DNA from: Chloroflexota bacterium
GTDB taxonomy: Bacteria; Chloroflexota; Anaerolineae; Promineifilales; Promineifilaceae
Length of the DNA: 64,000 nucleotides
Assembly: GCA_020628815.1 (NCBI GenBank)
Contig: JAHDEN010000001.1
Coordinates: forward strand, 36,288 to 100,287
Direction of reading: 5' to 3'
The notes under the pieces are model-generated. The model worked only from the letters and a program-made list of their open reading frames with translations, made no database searches and was not told where the DNA came from. The translations under genes and the position numbers were made by a program. This document shows positions 9,645 to 18,430 of this stretch, in pieces. Positions within the stretch are counted from its first letter, which is position 1. Each line of letters begins with the position of its first letter.

Positions 9645-10730
9645 ATGAGTGTATCGTTACCCGACAACAACATCCTGATTATTGATAAGCACACAAAAGA
9701 TGTTGAACCCCTCAAAGTTATTTTAGGAATTTATGGTTATACCGTTACCGTTTGTAACGACAGCATACTAGCCCTGCATAAAGCCCTGCGTAAATCCCCA
9801 GACCTAGTCTTAATCGAAGCATCAATGTCTACAGTAGATGAGTTTGAACTGATCAAGTTTTTACGCCACTACGAAGATACGGAAGAAGTTCCGATCATTT
9901 ATTTAAGTGATCAGGATAACTCTGAAACAAAAATGCAGGCGTTTGCATTGGGCGCTGATGATTACATCGCAAAGCCGTATCAAATAGATGAGGTTGTCGC
10001 CCGCATTAGTATTCATCTAAACAAAATTGAAAAACAAAAAGCCCTGAAAAATAAAATCACCGAGCTAGAGGCCTACACCAATTCTGTAGCCAACGACATC
10101 AAAAGCCCGTTGGGGGTCATGAACGGTTTTGCCGACCAATTAAGAACCTATTGGGACGATTATGACGACGGTAGTAAAAGGACCTTTTTAGATGTAATTG
10201 ATCGTAATTCAAGAAAAATCTCTGAAATTGTCGAAGAACTATTAACCTTTACCGATGTCAGCCGAGCGGATATTTTGATCGAGCCCCTAAACATGACAGA
10301 AGTGATTGAAAACGTGATGGCACGGCTTGCACAGAGCGAAGAAAAATATTTGGGGAAGATGATTGTTCCCGATCAATGGCCCATTGTTGTGGGATACGGA
10401 CCTTGGGTTGAAGAGGTTTGGATCAACTACATTGCAAACGCAATTAAATGTTGTGGGCAAGATGCTGATATTGAATTGGGATTCTCAAATGCAGGATCGG
10501 AATTTACCAAGTTTTGGGTGAAAGATTCTGGACCAGGATTATCAAAACAAGAGGCAGAGGCTGTCTTTCAAAAATATACCCGTCCCAATCAAAACGATAA
10601 AAACGGGTCTGGGCTGGGGCTTTCTATCGCCAAACGGATTGTAGAAAAACTGGGTGGCGAAGTTGGTGTTACAAGCAAATTGGGAGAAGGATCTACGTTC
10701 GAGTTTAGCCTACCTCTCCAAAAAATTTAA
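9645..10730 (+). CDS. Receiver domain fused to a histidine-kinase-like HisKA/HATPase core, with both phospho-acceptor residues substituted
   Basis: REC-like N-terminus with conserved K (YIAKPY), but DLVLIEASMS where DLVLLDxxMP is expected. The H-box reads VANDIKSPL (Asn in place of His). The N-box (NYIANAIK), G1 (KDSGPGL) and G2 (GSGLGLS) motifs are intact. Confidence 0.85.
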   Translation: MSVSLPDNNILIIDKHTKDVEPLKVILGIYGYTVTVCNDSILALHKALRKSPDLVLIEASMSTVDEFELIKFLRHYEDTEEVPIIYLSDQDNSETKMQAFALGADDYIAKPYQIDEVVARISIHLNKIEKQKALKNKITELEAYTNSVANDIKSPLGVMNGFADQLRTYWDDYDDGSKRTFLDVIDRNSRKISEIVEELLTFTDVSRADILIEPLNMTEVIENVMARLAQSEEKYLGKMIVPDQWPIVVGYGPWVEEVWINYIANAIKCCGQDADIELGFSNAGSEFTKFWVKDSGPGLSKQEAEAVFQKYTRPNQNDKNGSGLGLSIAKRIVEKLGGEVGVTSKLGEGSTFEFSLPLQKI

Positions 10731-10733
10731 GCC

Positions 10734-11480
10734 CTAACGGACCCGGTTCAGCAACCCCTCGGCCGAATATCTCGCTACAACAATCTCCTCATCAGAAAGA
10801 GCCATCCCATTTGTACCTGAATACAACAGACGCCCCGCGTCATCAAGCACATGGTGCAGCCCCAAAATATGGCCGATCTCATGCGACGTCACCCGCTCAT
10901 CAAACACACTGGGGGTATCCATTACAAAAAAGGCGTTTGAGTTTGAGGGGTTAATACCGTTGGGGCCACCCAGTTGTTGGGTGTAAAAACCGACGATTGG
11001 CGCAAAGCTGGGCAAATCGATATCGCCTGAATTAACCGCATTGAAAAAGCTAAAAAAATCTCGATTGTTGAGCCGCAAAAGCAAATCCTGTGGCACCGTT
11101 GCCCGCTGGATGGTTTGCACCTCAAGCTCAATGTTGGCCTGGCTCCAAATCTCGTTAACCCGTTCGTAGATCTGCTCAATATCAGCGACAGTCCGGCCGC
11201 TTGAAAGCTCTCCATCTGCATCATCCAAAATATAAATCGCGATCGGGATCACAATCGTCTCAAGTTCAGGGTCGGCCGTGGGTTCAGGAATCGCAGTTGC
11301 TGTAGGCTCCGTCGGTTCCGGTTCGGCCGTAGCAACCGTGGCAGCCGTGGGTGCCAGCGTGGGGATGGTTTCTGGCGAGTCGAGAGTGGGTTGAACGGCC
11401 GGAGGTGTTGAACAGGCAACCGCCATCCCAACAAATAAAAGCAATCCGATAAAAAAAGAAATTTGTTTCAACAAAGTCAT
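10734..11480 (-). CDS. Secreted zinc metalloprotease lipoprotein (metzincin-like HExxHxxGxxH)
   Basis: HEIGHILGLHH zinc-binding motif. Signal peptide with lipobox (LLFVGMAVAC). Start chosen at the internal ATG at 11480, which is preceded by AAAGGGG. The ORF track extends to 11528. Confidence 0.8.
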   Translation of the reverse strand: MTLLKQISFFIGLLLFVGMAVACSTPPAVQPTLDSPETIPTLAPTAATVATAEPEPTEPTATAIPEPTADPELETIVIPIAIYILDDADGELSSGRTVADIEQIYERVNEIWSQANIELEVQTIQRATVPQDLLLRLNNRDFFSFFNAVNSGDIDLPSFAPIVGFYTQQLGGPNGINPSNSNAFFVMDTPSVFDERVTSHEIGHILGLHHVLDDAGRLLYSGTNGMALSDEEIVVARYSAEGLLNRVR

Positions 11481-11530
11481 GCCCCTTTTGACAAGATAAA
11501 TAGAAACGACCTTACTCAATAACAGCAAAT

Positions 11531-12343
11531 CTACCCAATCCCCTCACGAATCTGAGCAGCATGTGCCTTTATAAACCCGATATCTCCTGTATACAGCTGA
11601 TCATGCTGGTCTTGAATATGGGCTGCAAAAGTCTCGTTTCCGGCCGCCGCTTGTGCGTGCATGTAAGCGATCATCGTTTCTAGCCGACGAATGGTCATAT
11701 CTGTTAACCGGCTTCGCTCCTGTGGACCAAGCTGATACGCATCGCAAAACAGTTTTGCCCGGCCGATTTTCTCTTCCAAGCTGCCAAAGGTTTCAGGGTT
11801 ATGCGCCCCGGTCAATGGTGCCCAACGATAAACCGCGTAAGCCACATCCCATAAACGCGGGGCTGGATGGGCCGTATCAAAATCGATGATGCCGACAATT
11901 TCCTGTCCCTGTTGCACCACGTTGTAAGGGGCATAATCCCCGTGGCACAGCGCCTCAAACGGCTCCTGAGCTGGCAGCATCCACGGCAGGCCAACAGTTG
12001 CTGATGACAAAAATGAGACTGTCGCATCATGGTAGCTGCGCAACAGCTTAGCGGCCGATTGCAACGCCATTTCAGAACGTGCTGCCTCACCTGACAAGCT
12101 ATTGAAAACAGTCCCTTCAACAAAAGAGACTCGCTCATTTCCCTGTTCGTCAAAGCCCAACGGTTTGGGAGCCGCGTCAAACCCAACCTCGTTTAAATGG
12201 GCCAGCAACGTTTGCACAGCCGTTGACCAGTCACCTGCCGGCCGCACAACCACATCGCCGTCTTTAAAAATTTGATTGGCTCGCCCCCCTTCTAATTCTT
12301 GTTTCTCTTGATCCATCATTTTGGTCCAGCTATTCGGCCGCAT
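11531..12343 (-). CDS. Phosphotransferase-family (APH/choline-kinase-like) small-molecule kinase
   Basis: Catalytic-loop-like HGDYAPYNVV and IIDFDTAHPAPRLWDVAY motifs typical of the aminoglycoside phosphotransferase fold. The start is uncertain; ATG codons at 12319/12316 would avoid the overlap with aguA. Confidence 0.7.
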   Translation of the reverse strand: MRPNSWTKMMDQEKQELEGGRANQIFKDGDVVVRPAGDWSTAVQTLLAHLNEVGFDAAPKPLGFDEQGNERVSFVEGTVFNSLSGEAARSEMALQSAAKLLRSYHDATVSFLSSATVGLPWMLPAQEPFEALCHGDYAPYNVVQQGQEIVGIIDFDTAHPAPRLWDVAYAVYRWAPLTGAHNPETFGSLEEKIGRAKLFCDAYQLGPQERSRLTDMTIRRLETMIAYMHAQAAAGNETFAAHIQDQHDQLYTGDIGFIKAHAAQIREGIG

Positions 12344-13433
12344 ATTGCGGCTGAGTCACACAGGCGATATTCCCCCCGCCCAACAAAATCTCACGTGCGT
12401 TTTTAAGCCCGATCACCCGTTTATCCGGAAATAATCGACCCAGCAATTCTTGGGCCGGTTGATCGTGCGGATCATCAAATTCTGGCACAACCACAACAGA
12501 GTTCCCCACATAATAATTAATGTACGACCCCATCACTTTATACCCTGCCAGCCGCTGTGTTGCGTCGGCCGTCACATCAACCTGTTCAGCTTCAGCCTGT
12601 GACCATACGGCCGGGGCTGGCTGGTGAATTTTGTGGATGGTGAGCCTGCGCCCCCTGGCATCTGTCGCTTGGCTCAAGATTTCAAACGCCTCAGCATACA
12701 CTTCATATTGCGGGTCATTTTCATCATCGGTCCAAGACAGCAGAAGTTCGGCCGGGGCCACAAAACAAGCCAAGTCGTCAATATGGCCGTCCGTTTCGTC
12801 AAACTTACACCCGCGCGGCAGCCACAAAACTTTGTCTATCCCCATGTAATCAGAAAATATCTGCTCCGCCTCACCCTTTGTCATGCCGGGATTTCGGTTC
12901 GGGTTCAAAATGACTGACTCAGTTGTTAACAGCGTTCCCTGTCCATCACACTGCAATCCCCCACCTTCAGTCACCATCGGGCCGCGATATCGATCAATCC
13001 ACTCGATCTCGCACATTTTAGCGGCCGCCATATCATCTTTATCCCACGGGAAGTAAAGCCCCTCGTCTAAGCCACCCCAAGCATTAAACCCCCAGTCCAG
13101 CCCTCGAACTTCCTTGGTTTGATTATTGACCAGGAACAGCGCCCCCATATCACGAAACCAAGCATCGTTCGCGCTCAATTCCACTACGCGAATATTATCA
13201 GGCAGCATCCCCCTTGCGTTGTTAAATTGATCATGATCCACCGCAACAGTTACCCGCTCGCTCGTCGCAATTGCAGTTGCTAGCTCTACCCAAACTTTTT
13301 GAACCGGCTTACCACCATTGCGCCACACATCGCTCCGGCTCGGCCAACCAAGCCAGCAACCGGCCTTTTTCTCAAATTCACCCGGCATGCGAAATCCATC
13401 TGCGCGTGGAGTTGTTTTACATAATCTAGACAT
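12330..13433 (-). CDS. aguA: Agmatine deiminase
   Basis: N-terminal DGFRMPGEFE..CWLGWP and C-terminal GGGNIACVTQ (catalytic Cys motif) of the agmatine deiminase / PAD_porph family. Length 367 aa. Confidence 0.85.
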   Translation of the reverse strand: MSRLCKTTPRADGFRMPGEFEKKAGCWLGWPSRSDVWRNGGKPVQKVWVELATAIATSERVTVAVDHDQFNNARGMLPDNIRVVELSANDAWFRDMGALFLVNNQTKEVRGLDWGFNAWGGLDEGLYFPWDKDDMAAAKMCEIEWIDRYRGPMVTEGGGLQCDGQGTLLTTESVILNPNRNPGMTKGEAEQIFSDYMGIDKVLWLPRGCKFDETDGHIDDLACFVAPAELLLSWTDDENDPQYEVYAEAFEILSQATDARGRRLTIHKIHQPAPAVWSQAEAEQVDVTADATQRLAGYKVMGSYINYYVGNSVVVVPEFDDPHDQPAQELLGRLFPDKRVIGLKNAREILLGGGNIACVTQPQYAAE

Positions 13434-13631
13434 AATATTTTTCTCTTTAAACCAACATGAGAATCGCTCTTAAAGACCCTTGGGTTTAGGGTGATATAGG
13501 TACTAGAAAAGTACCCATCTCCCCCAACTATGGGGCCAAAACAGACCTATTTCACCTGCACTTAACTGGGCAACAAAAGTATATTTCTGAACAAACCAAT
13601 CCGGTAGATCTTTATCCAAGAAATAGCGTCT

Positions 13632-16600
13632 GTGTACCCGCTTGCAAAAGCCTTTGCACGAGATGATTTTGACCCACCAGACCCACCAATGGAACAAGCG
13701 CGCAGTTTCATCAAAGAGCATAAAATCCTATTACTTGCCATCTTTCTGTGCCTCTCGTATCACGGAGGCATGGTGTTTTGGACGTTCCGGGGAACGTATG
13801 ACGCATGGGTGCATATTTTCTTTGCAGATCACTGGCGCAGAACCTTATTTGATCACTGGAACTACCGCTGGTACACCGGCTTCCCCATGGTCGGGTATCC
13901 GCCGGGGTCTCAGCAAACGGTGGGAATGCTGTCCAAGCTAATCGGCCTTGAGTCTGCCTTTGCCGTGGTTCAGCTTTTTGCCGTCACCAACTGCACCGTC
14001 GGAATTTATCGCTTTTCAAAAATTTGGGCCACCGATCCCAAAGCGCCAGGATATGCCGCCCTCTACTTTGTTTTCTGCTCCAGCATTACAGAAACTATCC
14101 ATACCTTTGGCCAGCTGCCCACAACTTTTTCGCTCGGTTTTATTCTAAACACCATCCCGTTTATGTATCGCTGGCTGCGCAAAGGTGAGTTTCATATTTT
14201 GCTGGTTGCCTGGATATTTAATGCGGCGACCACGGCCGGGCATCATGTAACCACTCTGTTCGGGGCAGTCTTTTTCTTGGCACCCGTGATGGTGTTGGCC
14301 ATCGTCGAAGATCTGCAAATTCCCGTGCCAGGTGAGACAGAAGAACACCCATCGATCCTGACCCGCAAAAATTTATGGCCGCTGATTTGGCGCAGGGTGA
14401 GGCGGGTTTTGCCGACAGTGCTACGCTGTGGAGTCTACGGTGTGGGGATGATCGCCCTGCTCGTCATCGTTGTACTCCCCTACTGGATCTGGTCGATCAA
14501 CGATCCGATTACGCAGGTTTCAATTCCGCACAGCTCGCGCGACTCGTTTTTGGTCAACACGTCGGCCGGGCTTGTCTTCTGGCTTGTTCCGTATGGATTG
14601 GGGCTAATCGCCCTACCCTATGCGTTTTACAAAGGCTTTACCACCAAAGCGTGGCCGATGACCCTGTCACTCGCCATGCTCGTTTTGCTTGGAACAGGCG
14701 GCACCACCCCGATCCCAGAAATGCTGTTGGGCGGTGCGTTCCATGTTTTGACCCTCGACCGATTCACATTTTGGGCCACGATCACGGTTCAGCCATTGAT
14801 CGGCGAATTTATTCGCAGCTTGGTTGAAGGGCGGCTGGGGATGTATGTCACCCAGCAGTTTGGCAAGATCACCCTGCGTGTAACCCAAGGGGCTTTGCTG
14901 GCTGGATTTTTAGCCTTCTCGCTGTTTGCGGCCAACTTAACCCAGTTGCGCACCTTCCAACCGGACCCAATTGATATGGAGCCACTTGTTCGCTTTATCG
15001 AAAAGGACGAGCACTGGAAATGGCGCTACCTCACACTGGGATTTGGTGACCAGGTTGCTTGGCTAGGGGCGCAAACGACGGCCGTTAGTGTTGACGGCAA
15101 CTACCACTCTGCACGTCGTTTACCCGAACTCACCACAACCCCAATCGAACGGCTAGAAGGGGCTAAATTCCGCGGCATCCCTGGCATCGGATCGCTCCAG
15201 CAATTTTTGGCCACGCCTGATAAATATCGACTGAAGTTTGTTTTCTCAAACGATCAGTTTTATGACCCACTGCTCTATTTTTCAGGATGGCACCGAATCG
15301 GCCGCCTTGAAAACGGCATCATGATGTGGGAGCGGGCCGACATCCCCGCCCTGCCGGAAGAACTGCCCCGAAAAGAAATCCCCTACTGGCAACGAGCGAT
15401 GTTCGGCATTTTGCCTATGGGCTTTTTAGCTTTGGCTTTAACCGTCGCCAGCATGTTCATTTGGGGCAAGTACGCCGCCATGGCGATGGAAATCACCGGC
15501 ATCTTTCCGTTTATTCGCAAAGTTGGCCGGCCGGTTTCAACGCGGGCCGTACGGCTGTGGAACTGGATCGATGGGTCTCTGGAAAAGTGGTCGCGCCTAA
15601 AAGAACCGGCCAGCGGTGAGGAAGCCTGGTGGCACAAGTGGCTCGACCGAGCTCAAAACTTTGAACTGCCGATGGAGGCCGCCCCATCAGCCAAATTTGT
15701 CCGCTCGATGCTGCTGTTGCTGATGGTCATCACCATAGGCACTGGCATCTATCTAAAAGTTAGGCAGGTTCAGCTCGACCCGATCAAACAGGTTGAAGGG
15801 TATTACGACGATCTCGACTTCCGCCGTTTTCGCGACGCCCACGCCCGCCTTGCACCCGATTTGGTTAAGCCGTTTGATGATTGGCTGTTAGACATGACGT
15901 CTGTGGGCGGTATGCTCGCCTCGTATGCCAAGCTCGACAACATCAAGGTTCGCATCCTTGAAGAAGAAGAGGAGCGGATTTTGGTTGAGGTTGATCTTGA
16001 TTGGATCTCGTCCCTAAATGAATACAACTCAACCCATCAGTTGGAGCTGGTTAAACGGGAAGGGAACAACTGGTACATTGTGCCGCTGCCGTTAGACATT
16101 AAGCAGCAGCCTGACAAATTTTACCGGCAAGGGACGGTTGCTTGGCAGGTGAACTCTGGAGCCAGAGCGGAAAAGACGATTACGAGTTTTAAGCCGCTCG
16201 AAGACCGGCCGGAACTGCAAATTTTATCGTCTCGTTTGGTGTTAGAGGACGGCCGTTACTACGTGGTTGGAGAGCTGATCAACCTAGACGTTGATCCGGC
16301 CGACCTCACCGTATCCGGCCATCTGTTTGACAGTGAGGGCGAAACGATCTCGTGGTACAACGCTCAAAAAGTGATCAGCCACAAAATTTTCCCCAAAGAA
16401 ATCACCCCTTTCAGAGTTGACTTTGAAGGGGTTGCAGGGATGCGTGTGACGGACCGAGACAAAGTTGGCACCTTCCACCCAGATGACTACTCCCCCATCG
16501 ATCTTGAAAAACCGATTGACAGTTTTGTGGTGTACGCCAAAGCGGTTGTCACCCCTCATGATCTGAATCGGGACGTGGGTGTGCAAAATATCCAAATTAG

Positions 16601-17072
16601 CACAGAAGAAATTCCAGATGCGGTGTTTGACTATGTGAACTTTGACGAAGAAGTTGATGACCGCTTAGAAGGTCGTATCCCCGTATTTTTTGACGTTGAC
16701 AGTCGAGACGACGGCAAGCTGCGCGGGGTGATCAACGGCACCCTAATCAATCACGGCACAATCGAAGCGATCATCCCGCAGCTTTTGGTCACCTATTACA
16801 ACGAGGCGGATGAAGTAATGTGGGTCGATTCATTCTACTTAACCGAAAGTGTAAAGCCACAAAAAGAGCTGGATTTTGAGGTCAAACTGAAGCCGATTGA
16901 AAATGTGCGGTTAATCGACAACAACGGTAGCGATTTCTCCAACGTGTTGGACGATGGGGTGTATGAAGATTTTGATCTGGGTTTCCCTTGGATGGAGCGG
17001 ATCGAGGTCCCCGAAGAGTTAGGTTATTCATCCATTCGGGTGAGCGTAAATTATTTCATCGCAAGTCCGTAG
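13632..17072 (+). CDS. Large polytopic membrane protein (1146 aa): >=12 predicted TM helices in the N-terminal ~640 aa, plus a ~500 aa extracytoplasmic C-terminal domain; possibly GT-C-like
   Basis: Long ORF with many hydrophobic segments. The N-terminal 'YDAWVHIFFADHW...WNYRWYTGFPMVGYPPG' resembles loop motifs of GT-C-type glycosyltransferase-like membrane proteins (weak). GTG start at 13632, alternative ATG at 13689. Confidence 0.75.
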   Translation: MYPLAKAFARDDFDPPDPPMEQARSFIKEHKILLLAIFLCLSYHGGMVFWTFRGTYDAWVHIFFADHWRRTLFDHWNYRWYTGFPMVGYPPGSQQTVGMLSKLIGLESAFAVVQLFAVTNCTVGIYRFSKIWATDPKAPGYAALYFVFCSSITETIHTFGQLPTTFSLGFILNTIPFMYRWLRKGEFHILLVAWIFNAATTAGHHVTTLFGAVFFLAPVMVLAIVEDLQIPVPGETEEHPSILTRKNLWPLIWRRVRRVLPTVLRCGVYGVGMIALLVIVVLPYWIWSINDPITQVSIPHSSRDSFLVNTSAGLVFWLVPYGLGLIALPYAFYKGFTTKAWPMTLSLAMLVLLGTGGTTPIPEMLLGGAFHVLTLDRFTFWATITVQPLIGEFIRSLVEGRLGMYVTQQFGKITLRVTQGALLAGFLAFSLFAANLTQLRTFQPDPIDMEPLVRFIEKDEHWKWRYLTLGFGDQVAWLGAQTTAVSVDGNYHSARRLPELTTTPIERLEGAKFRGIPGIGSLQQFLATPDKYRLKFVFSNDQFYDPLLYFSGWHRIGRLENGIMMWERADIPALPEELPRKEIPYWQRAMFGILPMGFLALALTVASMFIWGKYAAMAMEITGIFPFIRKVGRPVSTRAVRLWNWIDGSLEKWSRLKEPASGEEAWWHKWLDRAQNFELPMEAAPSAKFVRSMLLLLMVITIGTGIYLKVRQVQLDPIKQVEGYYDDLDFRRFRDAHARLAPDLVKPFDDWLLDMTSVGGMLASYAKLDNIKVRILEEEEERILVEVDLDWISSLNEYNSTHQLELVKREGNNWYIVPLPLDIKQQPDKFYRQGTVAWQVNSGARAEKTITSFKPLEDRPELQILSSRLVLEDGRYYVVGELINLDVDPADLTVSGHLFDSEGETISWYNAQKVISHKIFPKEITPFRVDFEGVAGMRVTDRDKVGTFHPDDYSPIDLEKPIDSFVVYAKAVVTPHDLNRDVGVQNIQISTEEIPDAVFDYVNFDEEVDDRLEGRIPVFFDVDSRDDGKLRGVINGTLINHGTIEAIIPQLLVTYYNEADEVMWVDSFYLTESVKPQKELDFEVKLKPIENVRLIDNNGSDFSNVLDDGVYEDFDLGFPWMERIEVPEELGYSSIRVSVNYFIASP

Positions 17073-17106
17073 GCCGGGACATCGATTCACTATTTATCAT
17101 TCAAAA

Positions 17107-18414
17107 ATGTCTAAAAGCTCAGCCACTAATTTAGCCAATACCAGAGCAACCGGGTTACCTAAACCCCGTTGCTCTTTTTGGCGTTGGATGGTGCTGTGCG
17201 CCCTGTTTTTATCAGCGTGTAGCGAAGGGTCTGCCACAATTGATCCGGAACGTGAACTAACGCTAGATGCACCGAAAGGTCATCCGGTGGGGCAACCGCT
17301 CACGATCTCAGGAGAGCTTGCAGACGTTGAAGACGGCACAATCGGCCGCCTGTCTCTGTTGGGCAGCTACGGGGTTTGGCTGTACGAAAGCAGCTTTGAA
17401 AACGAGCAGATCGTTTTTAACATTCCGGCCGAAGAGACTGAGCAAGCCGGTTTTGTGACGGCCGTCTTCAAAGCCGAAGGCCTAACCCAGCGCGCCCGCT
17501 TTGAAATGATTCCGGGGGAAGCGATTGAACCACTCACCCCACTTGTCGGGCCGCGAACCATCACGGCCAACGGCGAAACATGGTCGATTGCCACCATCGT
17601 CCCCTTTGATAAATTCGCCAATCCAATTGGAGACGGAACAACCGCGACATTCACGATTTATCACCCCGGCAACGTGCTGGAAGAGTTTAAATCGACTACC
17701 CGCCACTTGGTTGCTTGGATGCGGGTCAACAGCAAGACCAAAGCGGGTAAAACCTTTGTCACCGCACAAATCGGGGATGCATATGGGAACGAGACGGAGC
17801 TAATTGAGACGGCCGACTGGCCGGTGCCGTTCACTATGACAAACGAACCGAAAGAAGTTGTGGCTGACGGCAAACAGCTAACCCAGGTGCGCACTAGCCG
17901 GATCGTTGATCAGTTTGGCAACGTGATGCCGGACGGCACGTTGGTGCAGTTTGTGGTTGAAGACGAAGACGGCAATCGACGTGTGTTGCCGTCTAAAACA
18001 GTAGATGGCTTTGCCCATTTGCCGTTGCAGGCCCCGTTGCGGCCGACCCGTTTTACCGTGGTCGGAACCGTTTTTGCGGTTGAAAGCGAGCCGCTGATTA
18101 TCAACTTTAAACCAGGGCCAGCCATCGGTGCGTTTCCGGTTGAAATGGCGGAAGGCAACGCCCAGTTTGACGGCTACATGACATTTAATGCTGGCCCTTT
18201 GCTGGGTGAGCGGGATCAATATATTCCAAATGGAACGCCGGTTTTATTCCGGCTAACCCATGAGACGGGCAAAACGATTGAAGAAGAAGTTGTTTCAGAT
18301 GATGGGTATGCGTTATTCGCCCATCGGCAGGCCCAACTGCTGACCGGCGCCTACACGCTGCAAGTGTATGTCGGCACAGGTGAAGGGCGGCTCACGTTTG
18401 AATACGGCCGCTAG
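17107..18414 (+). CDS. Lipoprotein of unknown function (435 aa), likely beta-rich with Ig-like repeats
   Basis: Signal peptide with lipobox (ALFLSAC). Lies 34 nt after the preceding gene and 16 nt before the next, suggesting an operon. Confidence 0.75.
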   Translation: MSKSSATNLANTRATGLPKPRCSFWRWMVLCALFLSACSEGSATIDPERELTLDAPKGHPVGQPLTISGELADVEDGTIGRLSLLGSYGVWLYESSFENEQIVFNIPAEETEQAGFVTAVFKAEGLTQRARFEMIPGEAIEPLTPLVGPRTITANGETWSIATIVPFDKFANPIGDGTTATFTIYHPGNVLEEFKSTTRHLVAWMRVNSKTKAGKTFVTAQIGDAYGNETELIETADWPVPFTMTNEPKEVVADGKQLTQVRTSRIVDQFGNVMPDGTLVQFVVEDEDGNRRVLPSKTVDGFAHLPLQAPLRPTRFTVVGTVFAVESEPLIINFKPGPAIGAFPVEMAEGNAQFDGYMTFNAGPLLGERDQYIPNGTPVLFRLTHETGKTIEEEVVSDDGYALFAHRQAQLLTGAYTLQVYVGTGEGRLTFEYGR

Positions 18415-18430
18415 CTGATAGCTAAATTTT

